Of a DNA stretch of 64,000 bases, positions 1 to 13,272 are shown piece by piece. Source of the DNA: Eledone cirrhosa (taxonomy: Eukaryota); NCBI GenBank assembly GCA_964016885.1, contig OZ024741.1:144770001-144834000 (forward strand), in the 5' to 3' direction. Each line of letters starts with the position of its first letter. Position 1 is the stretch's first letter. A program made the translations under genes and the position numbers. Below the pieces are notes generated by a model. It saw only the letters and a list, made by a program, of their open reading frames with translations, did no database searches and was not told the origin of the DNA.

Positions 1-101
1 ATATTTATAAAACCATATTTATTCTATTATATATATTTCAAGGGTACCAAAACTTTGGTACGCTCTCATCAGATAAAATACAAAGTTTGTTTTATAAATA
101 T
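1..101 (-). ncRNA. Type I hammerhead ribozyme (inverted copy)
   Basis: Reverse complement of 3151-3251. Confidence 0.78.
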
Positions 102-720
102 TGACATATCCAGGAGAGAGATCTTAACGGTTCAAGTTTTACCTGGATAGTAAAAGGAAAGAGAGGAAAAGTCAAATATTTCAAATTATTAAGATGAATA
201 TGCAAATGAGGTTGAGGTATAGGGCTGAAAAAAACGTTATTTTTAGACGCTAGGTAGATTTAAATAATTATTAGGATATATATGTGTATGTGTGGGAAGA
301 AGAAAGAGAAAGAAAGAAAAGCTTGTATTTACGTGAATTTAAAAAGAATTAACAGTTTGTAGGAATGTTGGAATATGATTCCAGAATTTAAAAAAAAAAT
401 ATATTTAGCTATATTATGAGTTATAATATTATATATATAATCAATTAGATTATATGAAGAATTATGGTTGTAAGTACATTTTATCTTATTATATTGCAAC
501 AGGTTGTAAGTATATAAATATCTAAATAGATTAATTAGTTTGCAAGTATAATTATTATTGGTGATTTTATAGAAATAAAACACACGTATTAATTGTTTAC
601 ATTTCTAATATGAGTTACGAAGGATGTTGATGTTACAATTTACATAAATATTTAAGAAAAAGACGTAGTTCAAATTGTAAGAGAAGAATTGTAGATTCAA
701 ATATTTTCAGAACATTATTA

Positions 721-895
721 TTGGCAGTATTGGTAGAGGGTCGGACACCATGCTTTGATGCATAGTTACGGCCCTTGCCATTCTGAGTTCAAATCCCGCT
801 GAGGTTAACTTTGCCTTTCATCCTTACGGGGTCGATAAAATAAAGTACCAGTAATACACTGGTTAATTGCTGGCCTTGTGTCAGAAACAATTATT
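721..895 (+). mobile_element. tRNA-derived SINE (family 1) inserted in the left PLE arm
   Basis: Matches 62896-63085 (box B gagttcaaatccc, central gcctttcatccttacggggtcgataaaa). Absent from the right arm; flanked by attatta on both sides. Confidence 0.85.
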
Positions 896-1468
896 AATTT
901 AGTGAAATTATATAATTTATCATACAAGTTATTATGTCAATGTTTGCTCAATTGTAAAGGAAAAGATAACTCCAATATTATTTGCTAAGCATTAAATTTG
1001 ATTAATGATTTTCTTAGAAAGTATGTAGAGAAAATTATATATTATTTTGTGTGAGATTATAAGGTATTTTATATTTCATGTTTTTCAAGGATGAGAATTT
1101 CAATTATATATCATCTATGTTGAAAGATGTGTGAAAAGTTTGAAGATTAAAGAGAGGAAAAATGTATTATTAGATAAGTCAAGAGTGCATTTAGAAGAAC
1201 TATCGTAAAGAGGATATCTTTCAGAATGTCAATTAAAGAGTATCAATCTAAAAAAATTATATATAAATCTAAAAAATATATAAATAAAAGAAATAGATTA
1301 AGAAGAGTATCATTAGGAAAAGAATATCAATTGGTAAAAATACTAAATTTAAGAAGGAAGATCATTTAAAAAAATTTAAATAAAAAAAAACCTCAGTAAA
1401 TAATAGGATCACTTTAAAGGTGTATAAGATGTAGTCACGTGTAATGAATATTATAGATTAAAAATACT

Positions 1469-1885
1469 TCAGAAAGTGGAATTTTGGCGATGTCTGCAAG
1501 AGCTGAATAATTCTGTTTTTAAATTAATAGAGTTTTGATAGTTAATTATATAAAAAATTTCCTCGATACACAAATGACAGATTCTTGAGAAAGCTATATT
1601 TCGGTATGCAGGTGCTTTCGAAATCGTTCCCCAATATATTGAATAGTCTATATTGTTGTCCTTTAAATTCCAAATTAGATGTGAAAGTGAAGTGGAAGAT
1701 TTTTTATCGGACCTATTAAATGTATGTTTGTGGTTGTACCAGCGTTCTTTGAATTTTGTAGAAGTGGCATCTATATAGTTAAATATTTTGTCTCTAGTTT
1801 TTACTGTGCATTTATAAATTAAGTTTTTGTCTAAGCAATTGTTTTGTAAAGGGCAGTTTGATTCAATTCTACAATTACATTTTCT
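1469..1885 (-). pseudogene. GIY-YIG endonuclease of a Penelope-like element
   Basis: Manual translation: CNCRIESNCPLQNNCLDKNLIYKCTV...NYIDATSTKFKERWYNHKHTF...ICHLCIEE...ELFSSCRH. LIY and YID are the degenerate GIY and YIG motifs. Confidence 0.8.
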
Positions 1886-1975
1886 GGAGTTGTTGTTACT
1901 AGGAACGGTACTATTATTATGAATATTGTTATTAGAAATATTATTATTGCTAGCTTGGTTTGTTTGGTTATGGTT

Positions 1976-2398
1976 TTAATTTAAATTTCTATTATTAATT
2001 CTATTTATATTTTGTGCTATGTTCATAGTAGTAGAGTAGGATAGTTTTATAGTGTGTCTGTTAAAAATAGAGTGGCATCTGTGGGCTTTAGGAAAACACT
2101 TATCCAGTGCTTTGAAAAATAGCTTTGCTAAAGGTATTTTAACGCCTAATGAGAATGGGGGAGAGTACCAAATAATATTTCTAGTTCTAGTTTTTTTGTT
2201 TGGTTTACTATTTAAGTTGAATTGCTTATTGTTATTATAATGAATTCTAGGATGATTTATCATGTTATTGTTGTCTAAGTATTTAATTTTATTCGAGTAT
2301 CCTGCTCTATGTAAAGCCTCATTGTAATATTCTGCCTTATCATCAAAAATATTTTTATCTGCTAATAAAAATATTTTAAAATCATTAATCAAAATCAT
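1976..2398 (-). pseudogene. Penelope-like RT thumb/linker fragment
   Basis: ORF motif YNEALHRAGY...RNIIWYSPPFS...KCFPKAHRCHSIFNRHTIKLSYS, typical of the PLE region between RT and endonuclease. Confidence 0.8.
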
Positions 2399-3150
2399 TA
2401 ATCAAATTTAATGCTTAGCAAATAATATTGGAGTTATCTTTTCCTTTACAATTGAGCAAACATAGACATAATAACTCGTATGATAAATTATATAATTTCG
2501 CTAAATTAATAATGTTCTGAAAATATTTTTAATGTTGGATGAAAATATTTGAATCTACAAATTGTTCTTCTCTTACAATTTGAACTACGTCTTTTTCTTA
2601 AATATTTATGTAAATTGTAACATCAACATCCTTCGTAACTCATATTAGAAATGTAAACAATTAATACGTGTGTTTTATTTCTATAAAATCACCAATAATA
2701 CTTATACTTGCACACTAATTAATCTATTTAGATATTTATATACTTGCAACCTGTTGCAATATAATAAGATAAAATGTACTTACAACCATAATTCTTCATA
2801 TAATCTAATTGATTCTTTATATAATATTATAACTCATAATATAGCTAAATATAAAAAAAAAATAATTCTGGAATCATATTCCACCATTCCTACAAACCAT
2901 TAATTCTTTTTAAATTCACGTAAATACAAGTTTTTCTTTCTTTCTCTTTCTTCTTCCCACACATACACATATATATCCTAATAATTATTTAAATCTACCT
3001 AGTGTCTAAAAATAACGTTTTTTTCAGCCCTATACCTCAACCTCATTTGCATATTCATCTTAATAATTTGAAATATTTGACTTTTCCTCTCTTTCCTTTT
3101 ACTATCCAGGAAAAACTTGAACCGTTAAGATCTCTTTCCTGGATATGTCA

Positions 3151-3251
3151 ATATTTATAAAACAAACTTTGTATTTTATCTGATGAGAGCGTACCAAAGT
3201 TTTGGTACCCTTGAAATATATATAATAGAATAAATATGGTTTTATAAATAT
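3151..3251 (+). ncRNA. Type I hammerhead ribozyme in the PLE terminal repeat
   Basis: CTGATGA at 3180; stem II gtaccaaa/tttggtac; GAAA at 3213; palindromic stem III TATATA; TA cleavage site; stem I tattttat/atagaata, extended by atatttataaaac/gttttataaatat. Confidence 0.8.
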
Positions 3252-3277
3252 AGTTTCCATTTATTAATATCATTTAT

Positions 3278-3561
3278 ATCATCATCATCATCATCGTCAT
3301 TTTACGTCCGCTTTTCTCTGCTTGCAAGGGTGGGACGGGAACTGATTCTGGCTTGATTTCTACAGCTGGATGCCCTTCCTAACACCAACCTTATTTACAG
3401 TGAGTGCTGGATGCTTTTTTGCCGTGGCACCTCCACGACCACTTTGCAGTGGAATGATAATGACCCCAGTCCCTATCATCTCATTTCTACTGAGTAAACT
3501 GGAGCAATGTGAAATAAAGTGTCTTGCTCAAGGAAACAACACATCACCCGGTCTGAGAATT
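3278..3561 (-). mobile_element. CORE-like SINE with RTE-derived tail (family 2), 5'-truncated
   Basis: Reverse complement of about 63155-63420, with a (GAT)n tail. Confidence 0.85.
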
Positions 3562-3581
3562 ATCCCCCCCTCTCTCTCTCT

Positions 3582-3615
<34 letters not shown>

Positions 3616-5109
3616 AGAGAGAAAGAGAGAGAGGGGGGGGGAGAGAAAAGATAGAGAGACAAACAGACAGACAACATTGCTCTTAGAGAACACTAATTTT
3701 TGACATGAAAGCAAACATTTTAGAAAATATTACTCTTCACTTTTTTGTCTTTTAATTGTGTTTCATGAATTCTAAATATTTTATAATGAATTGGTCAGAT
3801 TGTAACAGTTGTGTGTGACAGCCAGACAAAAAAGTGCTTCACATTATAATATAGATTTTAAATAGAATGAGCTGATTAATTATTTCCTAAGTGTATGTGG
3901 AGCTATGTTGAGTGAATTATTGTCCAACATAGGTAGAGAGAAAAGGGTGGGAAATTTAACTTGTGTGTGTTTAGTAATCAGTAAAAAGTCTGAAATGCAG
4001 TACAGATAATGATGTTTATTCTCTCAAGTGACTAAGCTTTTCACAATCTAGACTAATGAGGTTTCGAGAAGTGGCAGGTATATTTTGAGATATGGCTTGT
4101 TTAATAAGGTAGTAGACTATTTGCTCAGTAATTGAGCAAATAGTTCAAATTCATTGCCAGAATGATTTTTAAAAATTGTTACTCTTTATTCAGGAAGGGA
4201 AAGGCAGTGCTAATGACCCTTTTCAAGTCTTCCAAAGTTTGTGGGAGAAAGGAGCCTGTAGAATGGAATGTTCCTCTGCCAATTTTGATGACACATCTTC
4301 CAGTTGTTTGATCAACAGAACAACCTGCTCATGAAATTAATGTGCAAGTGGCTGTGCATTCCACAGTCATGTGAACTCTACATGTAATTCTCTTACTGAT
4401 TCAGCATAACATAATGTGTGATAAAACTGGCCATTGAAATTACAAGTACAGTCTATTCAACAGGCTTCCAAACTGTTTCTGTCTACTTGATTTTACCCAC
4501 AAGGCATGCCTTGAACTCTACTCTAAATGATTACAAAGTGAACGTTTTAACCATTCAACAGTCCAGTGTCCAAACAACATATTGGATTCTACTAAAGTCT
4601 CCTCAGGGATCAAGTGTTCATATTAAACTGGGTGACAAATCAAATCTGCCACTCAAGTAGAGCAAAGCAGCATTTGGACTCAGAATGTGAATTTTGGAAG
4701 AAATTTTTCAAAGCATCTTGTTGAACATATCTGCTTAACTACCTCCCCAGATGCACCTTTATTTAACCAACCCTAAAAAGATGAATGGCAAAGTTGACTC
4801 CAGAATACTACAAGATATTTTATACTAAGTTTTAATGACTATGCCAATTTGCTGGACAACTCTATGAATCATAGAATCCACAATAATAATAATTGTTTCT
4901 AACATAGTCACAAAGTCAGCAATTTGTTGGATGGGGAAAGATGATTAAATTAACCCCAGTACTTGACAGGTACTTTACTTTATTGACCTGGAAAGAAAAA
5001 AGACAAATTTATCTTGGCAAGATTTGGCTCAGAATGTAAAGAGCTATAACTAAATACTGCAAAGTATTTCATCTGATACTCTAATGATTCTGAAAATTTA
5101 CTACCCTCT

Positions 5110-5291
5110 AATAATTGGCACAAGGCCAGCACTTACCCAGTGCATTACTGGTACTTTATTTTATCGACACCATAAGGATGAAAGGCAAAGTTAACCATGG
5201 CGGGATTTGAACTCAGAGCATATAGGGCCATAACTCAATGCCATGATGCATGTTGTCCGAGGCTCTACCGATACTGCCAATCCACCACCAT
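5110..5291 (-). mobile_element. SINE family 1 copy
   Basis: Reverse complement of the 62896-63085 element. Older degenerate relatives lie at about 4890-5100 and 5320-5400. Confidence 0.8.
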
Positions 5292-5414
5292 CTAATAATA
5301 CACAACAACCTTAATAATAATAATGATGGTTTCTGATTTAGGCAAAGGCCAATATTTTGGGGAGAGAGAAAGTTGATTAAATCGACCCCGGGTGTGTACT
5401 TAATAATAATGATA

Positions 5415-5945
5415 ACAGGCAGCCAAGAAGTTACAAAATTGAAGAAGGATCTAAACAAATTGGAGAAATGGAAAAATGGAAGGTTACAGTACGGATGGAA
5501 AAAAAAAAGAAGTACTGGGAAGACAATATCATATGAAAAATAAGGGAATTAATGCAGTGGTGGAAGAGGTGAAGCAACAAATAAAAGCAAAGACTGCAAA
5601 ACTAAAGAAATAGAAATAAATAATTAACCAATGCATGCAGAACAGGCTGTTTCAAATCAACCATAAAGATTAAGAAGCTGAAAGGAATTGAAAGAAACAA
5701 TGATGTAAGAAAGCATTGTTTTTTGGAATAACATTTAGAGCAAATCTGTTCAACAAATGATAAATCAGATTGGATAAAGATGGCTGGGAAATAGGTAACA
5801 GGTGTACAGAAGTAAGAAAACAAAATAACAAAAGAGGTGGGGAAATCCCAGTTGCAAAAGATGCCAAAATGTAAAGCGAGCCGACTAGATAGTGTAAATG
5901 AAAACTGGTTTAAGAAACTTCAGCAACCTACATGAAGTAATAACT
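5415..5945 (+). mobile_element. Decayed R4/Dong-like non-LTR retrotransposon fragment
   Basis: Broken translation LKKDLNKLEKWKNG...NKGINAVVEEVKQQIKAKTAKLKK...QNRLFQINHK, resembling the pre-RT region of R4-clade elements. Confidence 0.6.
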
Positions 5946-5949
5946 ACAT

Positions 5950-6388
5950 GAGAAGAAGAAGAAGAAGAAGAAGACGAAGAAGAAGAAGAAGAAGAAGAAG
6001 AAGGAGAAGAAGGAAAAGAAGGAAAAGAAGGAGAAGAAGGAAAAGAAGGAAAAGAAGAAGGAAAAGAAGGAAAAGAAGAAGGAAAGAAGAAGGAAAAGAA
6101 GGAAAAGAAGAAGAAGAAGAAGAAGGAAAAGAAGAAGGAAAAGAAGGAAAAGAAGAAGAAGGAAAAGAAGGAGAAGAAGGAAAAGAAGGAAAAGAAGAAG
6201 GAAAAGAAGAAGGAAAAGAAGGAAAAAAAGAAGGAAAAGAAGGAAAAGAAGAAGAAGAATAAGGAAAAGAAGAAGGAAAAGAAGGAAAAGAAGAAGAAGA
6301 AGGAAAAGAATAATAATAATAATAATAATAAGAAGAAGAAGAAGAAGAAGAACAACAACAACAACAACGAGGAGGAGGAGAAGGAGGA
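5950..6388 (+). repeat. Compound purine microsatellite (GAA/GGAAAA, TAA, CAA, GGA)
   Basis: Directly visible. Confidence 0.95.
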
Positions 6389-6663
6389 TATACCAACCTA
6401 ATTCATCTCAAATCCTTACAAGCACTAATTAATTAATTACACCTTGTATGTGAAATATTCATTAGCTATTTCACCTGGAAGATAATTATGTACCACAATA
6501 AAATATGGGTTATTTTGGTTTATCAAACAAGGAAATTACTATCTGCAGGGTAAATAAATAAATTATATATATCAATATATATATATATATATAATGTTTG
6601 TGTAAACATATATGTGTGTGTCTGTGTGTGTGTGTGTTTGTGTAAATATATATGTCTGTGTGT

Positions 6664-6728
<65 letters not shown>

Positions 6729-6914
6729 AACATTTGAAATTAATAATCATAATTTGCTTGAAAGCTGACAATTTCAGTGTGGGTTAGGTAAGAGATGGGT
6801 GTTATTTCTATAAAGTAATTTTTATTATCAATAATTGAATAACTTAATAGCATACTGTGAGGTGATGAAAAGATTCACTCCTACCTCTCCTCTTCTTTTG
6901 TAGCCCATTGGAAC

Positions 6915-7060
6915 GTGATGATGATGATGATAATTATCTCTATGATTATGATGATGATGATGATAATAATAATGATGATAATGATGCCAATGATGATGAT
7001 GATAACAATGACGATGATAATGATGACAGTAATGATTATGAAGGTGATGATCATGATGAG
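6915..7060 (+). repeat. Degenerate (GAT/AAT)n microsatellite
   Basis: Directly visible. Confidence 0.9.
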
Positions 7061-8635
7061 TTTATTTTGTTTGAACAAAATTAATCTATTCAGAAAGATT
7101 TCATTGCTACCTGAGAAATCCTCAAAATTGCAGTGAACAATATACCTGGAAGAACACTTGTTATGTGTTTCTGTATGTCCTGCTTTAAGGTCTCACTATG
7201 GTTGGTATTTCCACCCATTCTTTGGAGGGATGTTAAGAGTTGATTAACTTGACTACACTCTCCAATTCAAAATTGTGGCCAAGTGCCTACATTAAAAATC
7301 TTTATAACAATTGAGAAATAGAGAATGAGAGCTTGAGAGAGAAAGAGAGGAGGGAAAGATACTTCAATATTGAACTGGTACATTATTTATCAATCTCAAA
7401 AAGATGAAACATAAAGCTAACCATGACTAGATTTGAATTCAGAATGCAAAGAGCAAGAGCGCATACTGCATAGCATTCTAACAACTCTGCCACTCTGCTG
7501 CCTTTATAAAAAAAAAAGATGATGATGATAGTTTAAAAGATGAGATTAATGTAAAATGCATGTAAAATGTAAAAGCTCGAGCGAAGAGGGAGTAGAAGGG
7601 AGACAACAGAATCTAATCTAATGAACTAATTAAATTTCCCTGCAGTTAAAGATTAAATAAAGATGAAGCTTAATGAATGCAAGCAATTAACAACAATGAC
7701 AACAACAACAACAGTAGTGAAACAAAGAAATGACTTAAGAAGTTGGTCGATCGATGAGAAAGAATTTGTCAATGAGAATAATATTTGATTAATGCATGTC
7801 TTAGAGATATGAACTGAAAGGTGTCAAGACAGCATTAATTAAGTTCTCCTTGCTGTCTCCTTCATCCCCCACCTCATGGTTGTAAAGTAACAAAAAGAGA
7901 ACTTCTGCCATCAGAGCTCTAGCAAATAATTGTGTGGGTTAATAGGTCAAATATTGTCCTTAATTTCTTTGTCAAGTGCTGGATCACACCACTGTTTTAC
8001 TTACTCTATATTCTTGTGACAGGGGATGAGCAAGGTAAGTTTTAGAAAATCTTGGATTGAAATTTTATAGTGCTGACTCTGATATTCCAATACCTTGCTG
8101 TCCTGCACCCTTCAATAAAGTGTCTTAAATATTATGCTTTAATTTATTTTAGTCAATGTAAAGGTGTGCAGCTTAGTGATTAGTCTGATCAGGTGATGAT
8201 TTCAATTCCCCACAGTATATTGTATCCTTCTGCAAGACACTTTATATCACATTGCTCTAGCTCATTCAGCCATCAAAAAGACCAGTTTTGTCACACACTG
8301 TCATGCTGAATATCTCTGAGAATTGTGTTAAAGGTAAACTTGTTTATGGAATGCGCAACTGCTTGCAGCACTGCCTTGAAGGGATTTAGTTCATCATATC
8401 AATCCCAGTATATATTTTTTCAAGTCTAGTACTTAATTTGTCTATTTCTTTTTGTCAAACCACTAAATTACAGGATATAAACAAACAGTATATGTAACAC
8501 ACACACATATATATATAACTTTATCACAGATATGATTAGCTTTCTATTTATGAGACACCACAGCTTGAGGTCCACTTTCCAATTATTTTATTTTATTTGT
8601 TTTCTTTCACCCTTCTATCTGTACTGTTTGTTTTA

Positions 8636-8675
<40 letters not shown>

Positions 8676-9386
8676 ATCATACCAGCAGAAAGATTTATTT
8701 TTCTGTTGCATGATCCAGCATTTTAAAATGCTACCCTCAATTAAATTGTGCAAAACTATTTTGCTGGTTTGAGGGCTAATGAGGGTGAAGATGTGTGTAT
8801 ATAAACTTGTCTTGTACATTGCCTTTCTTTATTTCCTTCTTCCAGTCACTTCTGTGCATCAGCCTACTTCTTGTCCTCCTCAGCATCCTTAGGGGAGACC
8901 CAGACTTTGAAATTTTAAAGGAGAAATAGTATTTACTATAGGGTTTGTATAATGTTTGTTGTTAGAGCACACATTGTGCAGGATTAGTTTTCCTCCTATA
9001 AGGTTGCATTTCAAAGGTTTCTTAGGTGTTTCTAAAATATGTGTCCCAGTTCTCTTATGTCATAAATTTTCTGGTTAACAGAAGGTGGCATTTATACTCA
9101 GAAGACACAGAACCGAAACAAATACTGCAAGACAACACTGCCATTTATTTAACAAATTCTGCCAGTCCAACATTCCTGGATTGATACTTTAACTGATCCC
9201 CAAAGGTTCAAAGGTAAATTTGAACTGAGAATACAGAGAGCCAGCACAGATACTGCAAGTTATTTAATCCAATGCTCTAATGACTTCCAATTCACTTCCC
9301 TTGCTTTCTATGATGGGTTACACAAGAACTGAGAAGAGAATGACCAGAGGATGAATAGATGTCATACATAGCTTGTTCATTTAGAA

Positions 9387-10082
9387 CAAAGGTTCTCAAC
9401 GGGGGGCATATGCACTCCCGGGGGCGTTTCGGAACTCCGGGGGCGTTTAGGAGCAAGGTCGCGTTAAGGGGGCGTTTGGAGCTGGGGGAGGGGGTTAGGG
9501 GGGCGCTGGGTTTTTCCATTTTTAGGATCTCAATTACCGGTTAACGTCTCAATTACCGGACATGCCTGCACACCTACTCACAGCTGCGGTTTGAATGAGC
9601 TTGCAGACAGCATAACTATAGTCTGACCGCAGCTGTGTGCAGGCATGTCCGGTAATTGAGATCCTAAAAATGGAAAAACCCACAGTCAACTGGGTCAAAG
9701 ACACTTTGAGCACAGCCAGTTAGAATCTTATCTTTCCTTCACTGATAACAATGTATTTCATGTCTGAAATTATTGACTCAACCACAACGAGTTAACACGA
9801 TGTAGATCTATTTTATTCCCTAATGTATAAATAATATTACAAATAAAAAAAAGAAAGAAAAAAACAGAAGCGAGTAGAACACACATCTAGGACCACATAC
9901 AACACATAATCAGATAATACACACATGTTTGGAATATTGTTAATCAACTTTTTAGTAATCTACTGATATAAAAATCAGTAGTATATTGAAAAAGTGAAAA
10001 AATAGGGTGGCGGGGGGGGGGGGGACGTTTCGTGATTTCGAGGGACAAAAGGCGTTTGGCCTAAATGGGTTGAGAACCTGTG
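9387..10082. mobile_element. Non-autonomous hAT (Buster/Charlie-type) element
   Basis: TIRs caaaggttctcaac / gttgagaacctgtg; perfect 8-bp TSD atttagaa (9379-9386, 10083-10090) with central TA. Confidence 0.85.
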
Positions 10083-10529
10083 ATTTAGAAAAACAGGAAT
10101 GATTGTCAGAAAAGAAACAGAGAAAGTAATACACAGGACAACAGTGGCTGTAAATTGCAATGATTTAACTCTTAACATCTTGTAATGAGTAGAAAATAAC
10201 TAAAAACCGATTCATTAATTCAAATGGTTATAGTATCTTTACTAGTGAACAAGTTGTTGCAAAAATTTGCAGTAAACTAAACTAAAGAATTTAATTTTTA
10301 ATGTGATGCAGTCATAGTGCTGTTTTGCATTTTTGAAGAATATCTTGCCAATACAGTCTCATGCAATGCAGGAGGTTAAGAATTAGTTTGATGATATTAA
10401 ACTAAGTGAATTTATGAAGATAGTGATAGCTGTTAAACCAAACAATAACTATGCTGTTGTTCCATGAAGGTAAATTGGTTCGTTGTTTAGTTTTAAAGGT
10501 TATCTTGTTAATAGTCCTAAAATGTAATA

Positions 10530-10873
10530 TAGTGGAACCTCGGTTCATGAACGCCTCTCATCCTGAACAAATCGGTTCACGAACAATTTTTCTAAACATA
10601 AAACATCTCAGTTCACGAACGATGTCTTGAGTAAGGAACACACAAGCTGGCAACAATGGTTGGTGACAAGCTAGAAGTATCGGCAGTAAAGCATCACTTG
10701 CTGTGTAGTTAGTTACTATGGTGATATCTATCTATATTTCACACACACAGTTTCTCTCTCACTGTTTTTCTTTCTCAACATATCGTATGGGAAAAATAGT
10801 TTCAGTTTATGAATATTTCAGATGACAATTGACCTTCAGGACTAAATTAAGTTTGTGAACAGAGTTTCAACTG
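10530..10873. mobile_element. pogo/Tigger-like MITE
   Basis: TIRs (c/t)agtggaacctcggttcatgaac / gtttgtgaacagagtttcaactg, flanked by TA. Confidence 0.7.
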
Positions 10874-11232
10874 TATACGGTTTATATAGAGCTAAACATT
10901 TTACTTCAACATTGTTGACATTATTTGCCAACAACAGATTAGACAGTAGAAAACCATAAGTAGATCCTTACTGAATGTGGGAATGCAGAGTAACATGCTA
11001 AACTAAGCAGAGACAGGGCATAACTGGGATAATTGATTTTTGGATCACACTTAGTCATTCAACCTATCACCTACACAACAGCGAAAAGACATGATCTAGT
11101 GGTTAGGGTAACGGACTCATGATCATCAGGTCAAGGAGGCATGCTAAACCTATACAGATATGAGCTGTTTATATCACTTTTTATGATATGACTGGGATCC
11201 TATCATTAAAACACCCAACAAACCTTCTTTAA

Positions 11233-11450
11233 CCCTTTAGCATTTACATTACTCTTTATATACTATTATATTTTTGTGGTAAAGGCTTTATCTTACATAA
11301 TATCTGACAATATCTAATCTATGAAATTTTGATACTATTTATTTTGAGAACAATACCTTAACATCAGTATGAGTGGCCAGTTACGTCCGGTTTGAACAGA
11401 AAGAAGTAAGAGAATTCTGACTCAATACAGTCGGTTTAGATGTTAAAGGG
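11233..11450. mobile_element. piggyBac-type MITE
   Basis: TTAA|ccctttagcatt ... atgttaaaggg|TTAA; second copy at about 32475-32675. Confidence 0.7.
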
Positions 11451-11891
11451 TTAAGATAGAACCTGCATTTGATGACTGCAGCCTGTTGGATCAGAAGTGA
11501 AATGGATTACATAACAACAACAAAATGCCTGCAGTGCATTTAAAATGAAGACCAACAAGACAAGCTAGTGGGTAGTCAAATACAGTTTACAACAGGCCAT
11601 GCAGCTGTGACTCTAGTTGAGGTCAAATCATAAATTAAGACTGAATATTGTTAGCAATAATCTCTTCTAATACTGATTTCAAATGAGGAGAGAGGAAAGG
11701 AAAAACAATGGCAAAGATTAAGTAATTAATCATAGTGAAAAATCAGAAATATGAAACTAGAATATAGCATAAAGTAAACTTGTATCTTATTTGTTGTAAA
11801 TGGAGGTTAGAATAGGATGAAGAGGGGGAAGAAAGTGGAAGAGAGAGAACAAAGTGAGGGTAGAAAGTATAATGGGAGTATACGGAGTGAA

Positions 11892-11946
<55 letters not shown>

Positions 11947-12171
11947 GAGAGAGCAAGAGAAGGATAGAGGGATGGAAACTGTACAAGAGATAGAGAGAAA
12001 GAAAGTGTTAAAAGGAGTAAGAGTAAGAGAGAAAGATATAGAGAGATGGTTATAACATTCCATTCTGGCACGTGTTGGTTTATTGACTAGAATATAATGA
12101 AGTGAAATATATTCTAGAGGTCAATATTGACATAATACTATTTTATAATACTTCAAATGACACCACATAAC

Positions 12172-12408
12172 CACACACACACACACACACATATATATAC
12201 ACACACACACATATATACAGAAAGACATACATACACATATATATACATATATACATACATATACACACATATATACATACACACATATATATATATATAT
12301 ATACATACATACACACACACATATATACATACACACATACATATATACATACATACACACACATATATATACACATATATATATATACATACGCACACAC
12401 ACATACAT

Positions 12409-12440
<32 letters not shown>
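12172..12440. repeat. (CA)/(TA) compound microsatellite
   Basis: Directly visible; similar tracts at 6580-6725, 13070-13272, 13940-14170 and 60420-60600. Confidence 0.95.
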
Positions 12441-12441
<1 letters not shown>

Positions 12442-12520
12442 AGCAAAAGGGATATTTAATTTGTTGGTAATGTTTATAACTGATTTGAAGCACTCGACAA
12501 GTTTTCTGGAGTATAATATT

Positions 12521-12849
12521 CAATGATATTAATAAATGGAAACTATATTTATAAAACCATATTTATTCTATTATATATATTTCAAGGGTACCAAAACTTT
12601 GGTACGCTCTCATCAGATAAAATACAAAGTTTGTTATATAAATATTGACATATCCAGGAAGGAGATCTTAATGGTTCAAGTTTTTCTTGGATAGTCAGGA
12701 AAAACTTGAACCTGGATATGTCAATATTTATAAAACAAACTTTGTATTTCATCTGATGAGAGCGTACCAAAGTTTTGGTACCCTTGAAATATATATAATA
12801 GAATAAATATGGTTTTATAAATATAGTTTCCATTTATTTAATATCATTG
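12521..12849. mobile_element. Palindromic mini-PLE: two inverted copies of the hammerhead-bearing terminus
   Basis: 12521-12695 and 12696-12849 are inverted copies of the 3100-3274 terminus, each with a complete CTGATGA...GAAA core. Confidence 0.8.
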
Positions 12850-13106
12850 TATATATATATAGATAGATATATATAGATATAAACATATACATATATATAT
12901 ATATGTTTGATTCCCGGACCAGATGATGCATTATGTCCTTGATCAAGACATTTTATTTCATATTGCTCCTTCTAATTGGATTTGTAACCATTAGATAGTA
13001 TTAGAAATTGGAAAGACCAATGGAAACATTGTTTCCTCGGTCCGATTTGGCAAAAGTCAATTGACTGACGATATATATACATATATTTATACATATATAT
13101 ATATAC

Positions 13107-13155
<49 letters not shown>

Positions 13156-13272
13156 CATATACACACACATATATATATATACATATACACACACACATAT
13201 ATACACACACACATACATACATACACAGACACATACATACATACACACATACATACATACATATATATATAT

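Larger units (their letters stand above)
1..3275 (-). mobile_element. 5'-truncated Penelope-like retroelement (RT C-terminus + GIY-YIG) with inverted pseudo-LTR
   Basis: Minus-strand PLE-type coding remnants at 1469-2398. 1-1012 is the reverse complement of about 2391-3251, apart from a SINE in the left arm. A hammerhead motif lies in each arm. The element runs off the left edge of the window. Confidence 0.85.

Noticed and set aside
329-583. 84-aa and 77-aa ORFs duplicated at 329 and 2670
   Set aside because: AT-rich chance ORFs within the inverted PLE arms, with non-ATG starts.
5885-7136. Low-complexity ORFs (poly-F/S/R/E/I/M)
   Set aside because: Translations of trinucleotide microsatellites.
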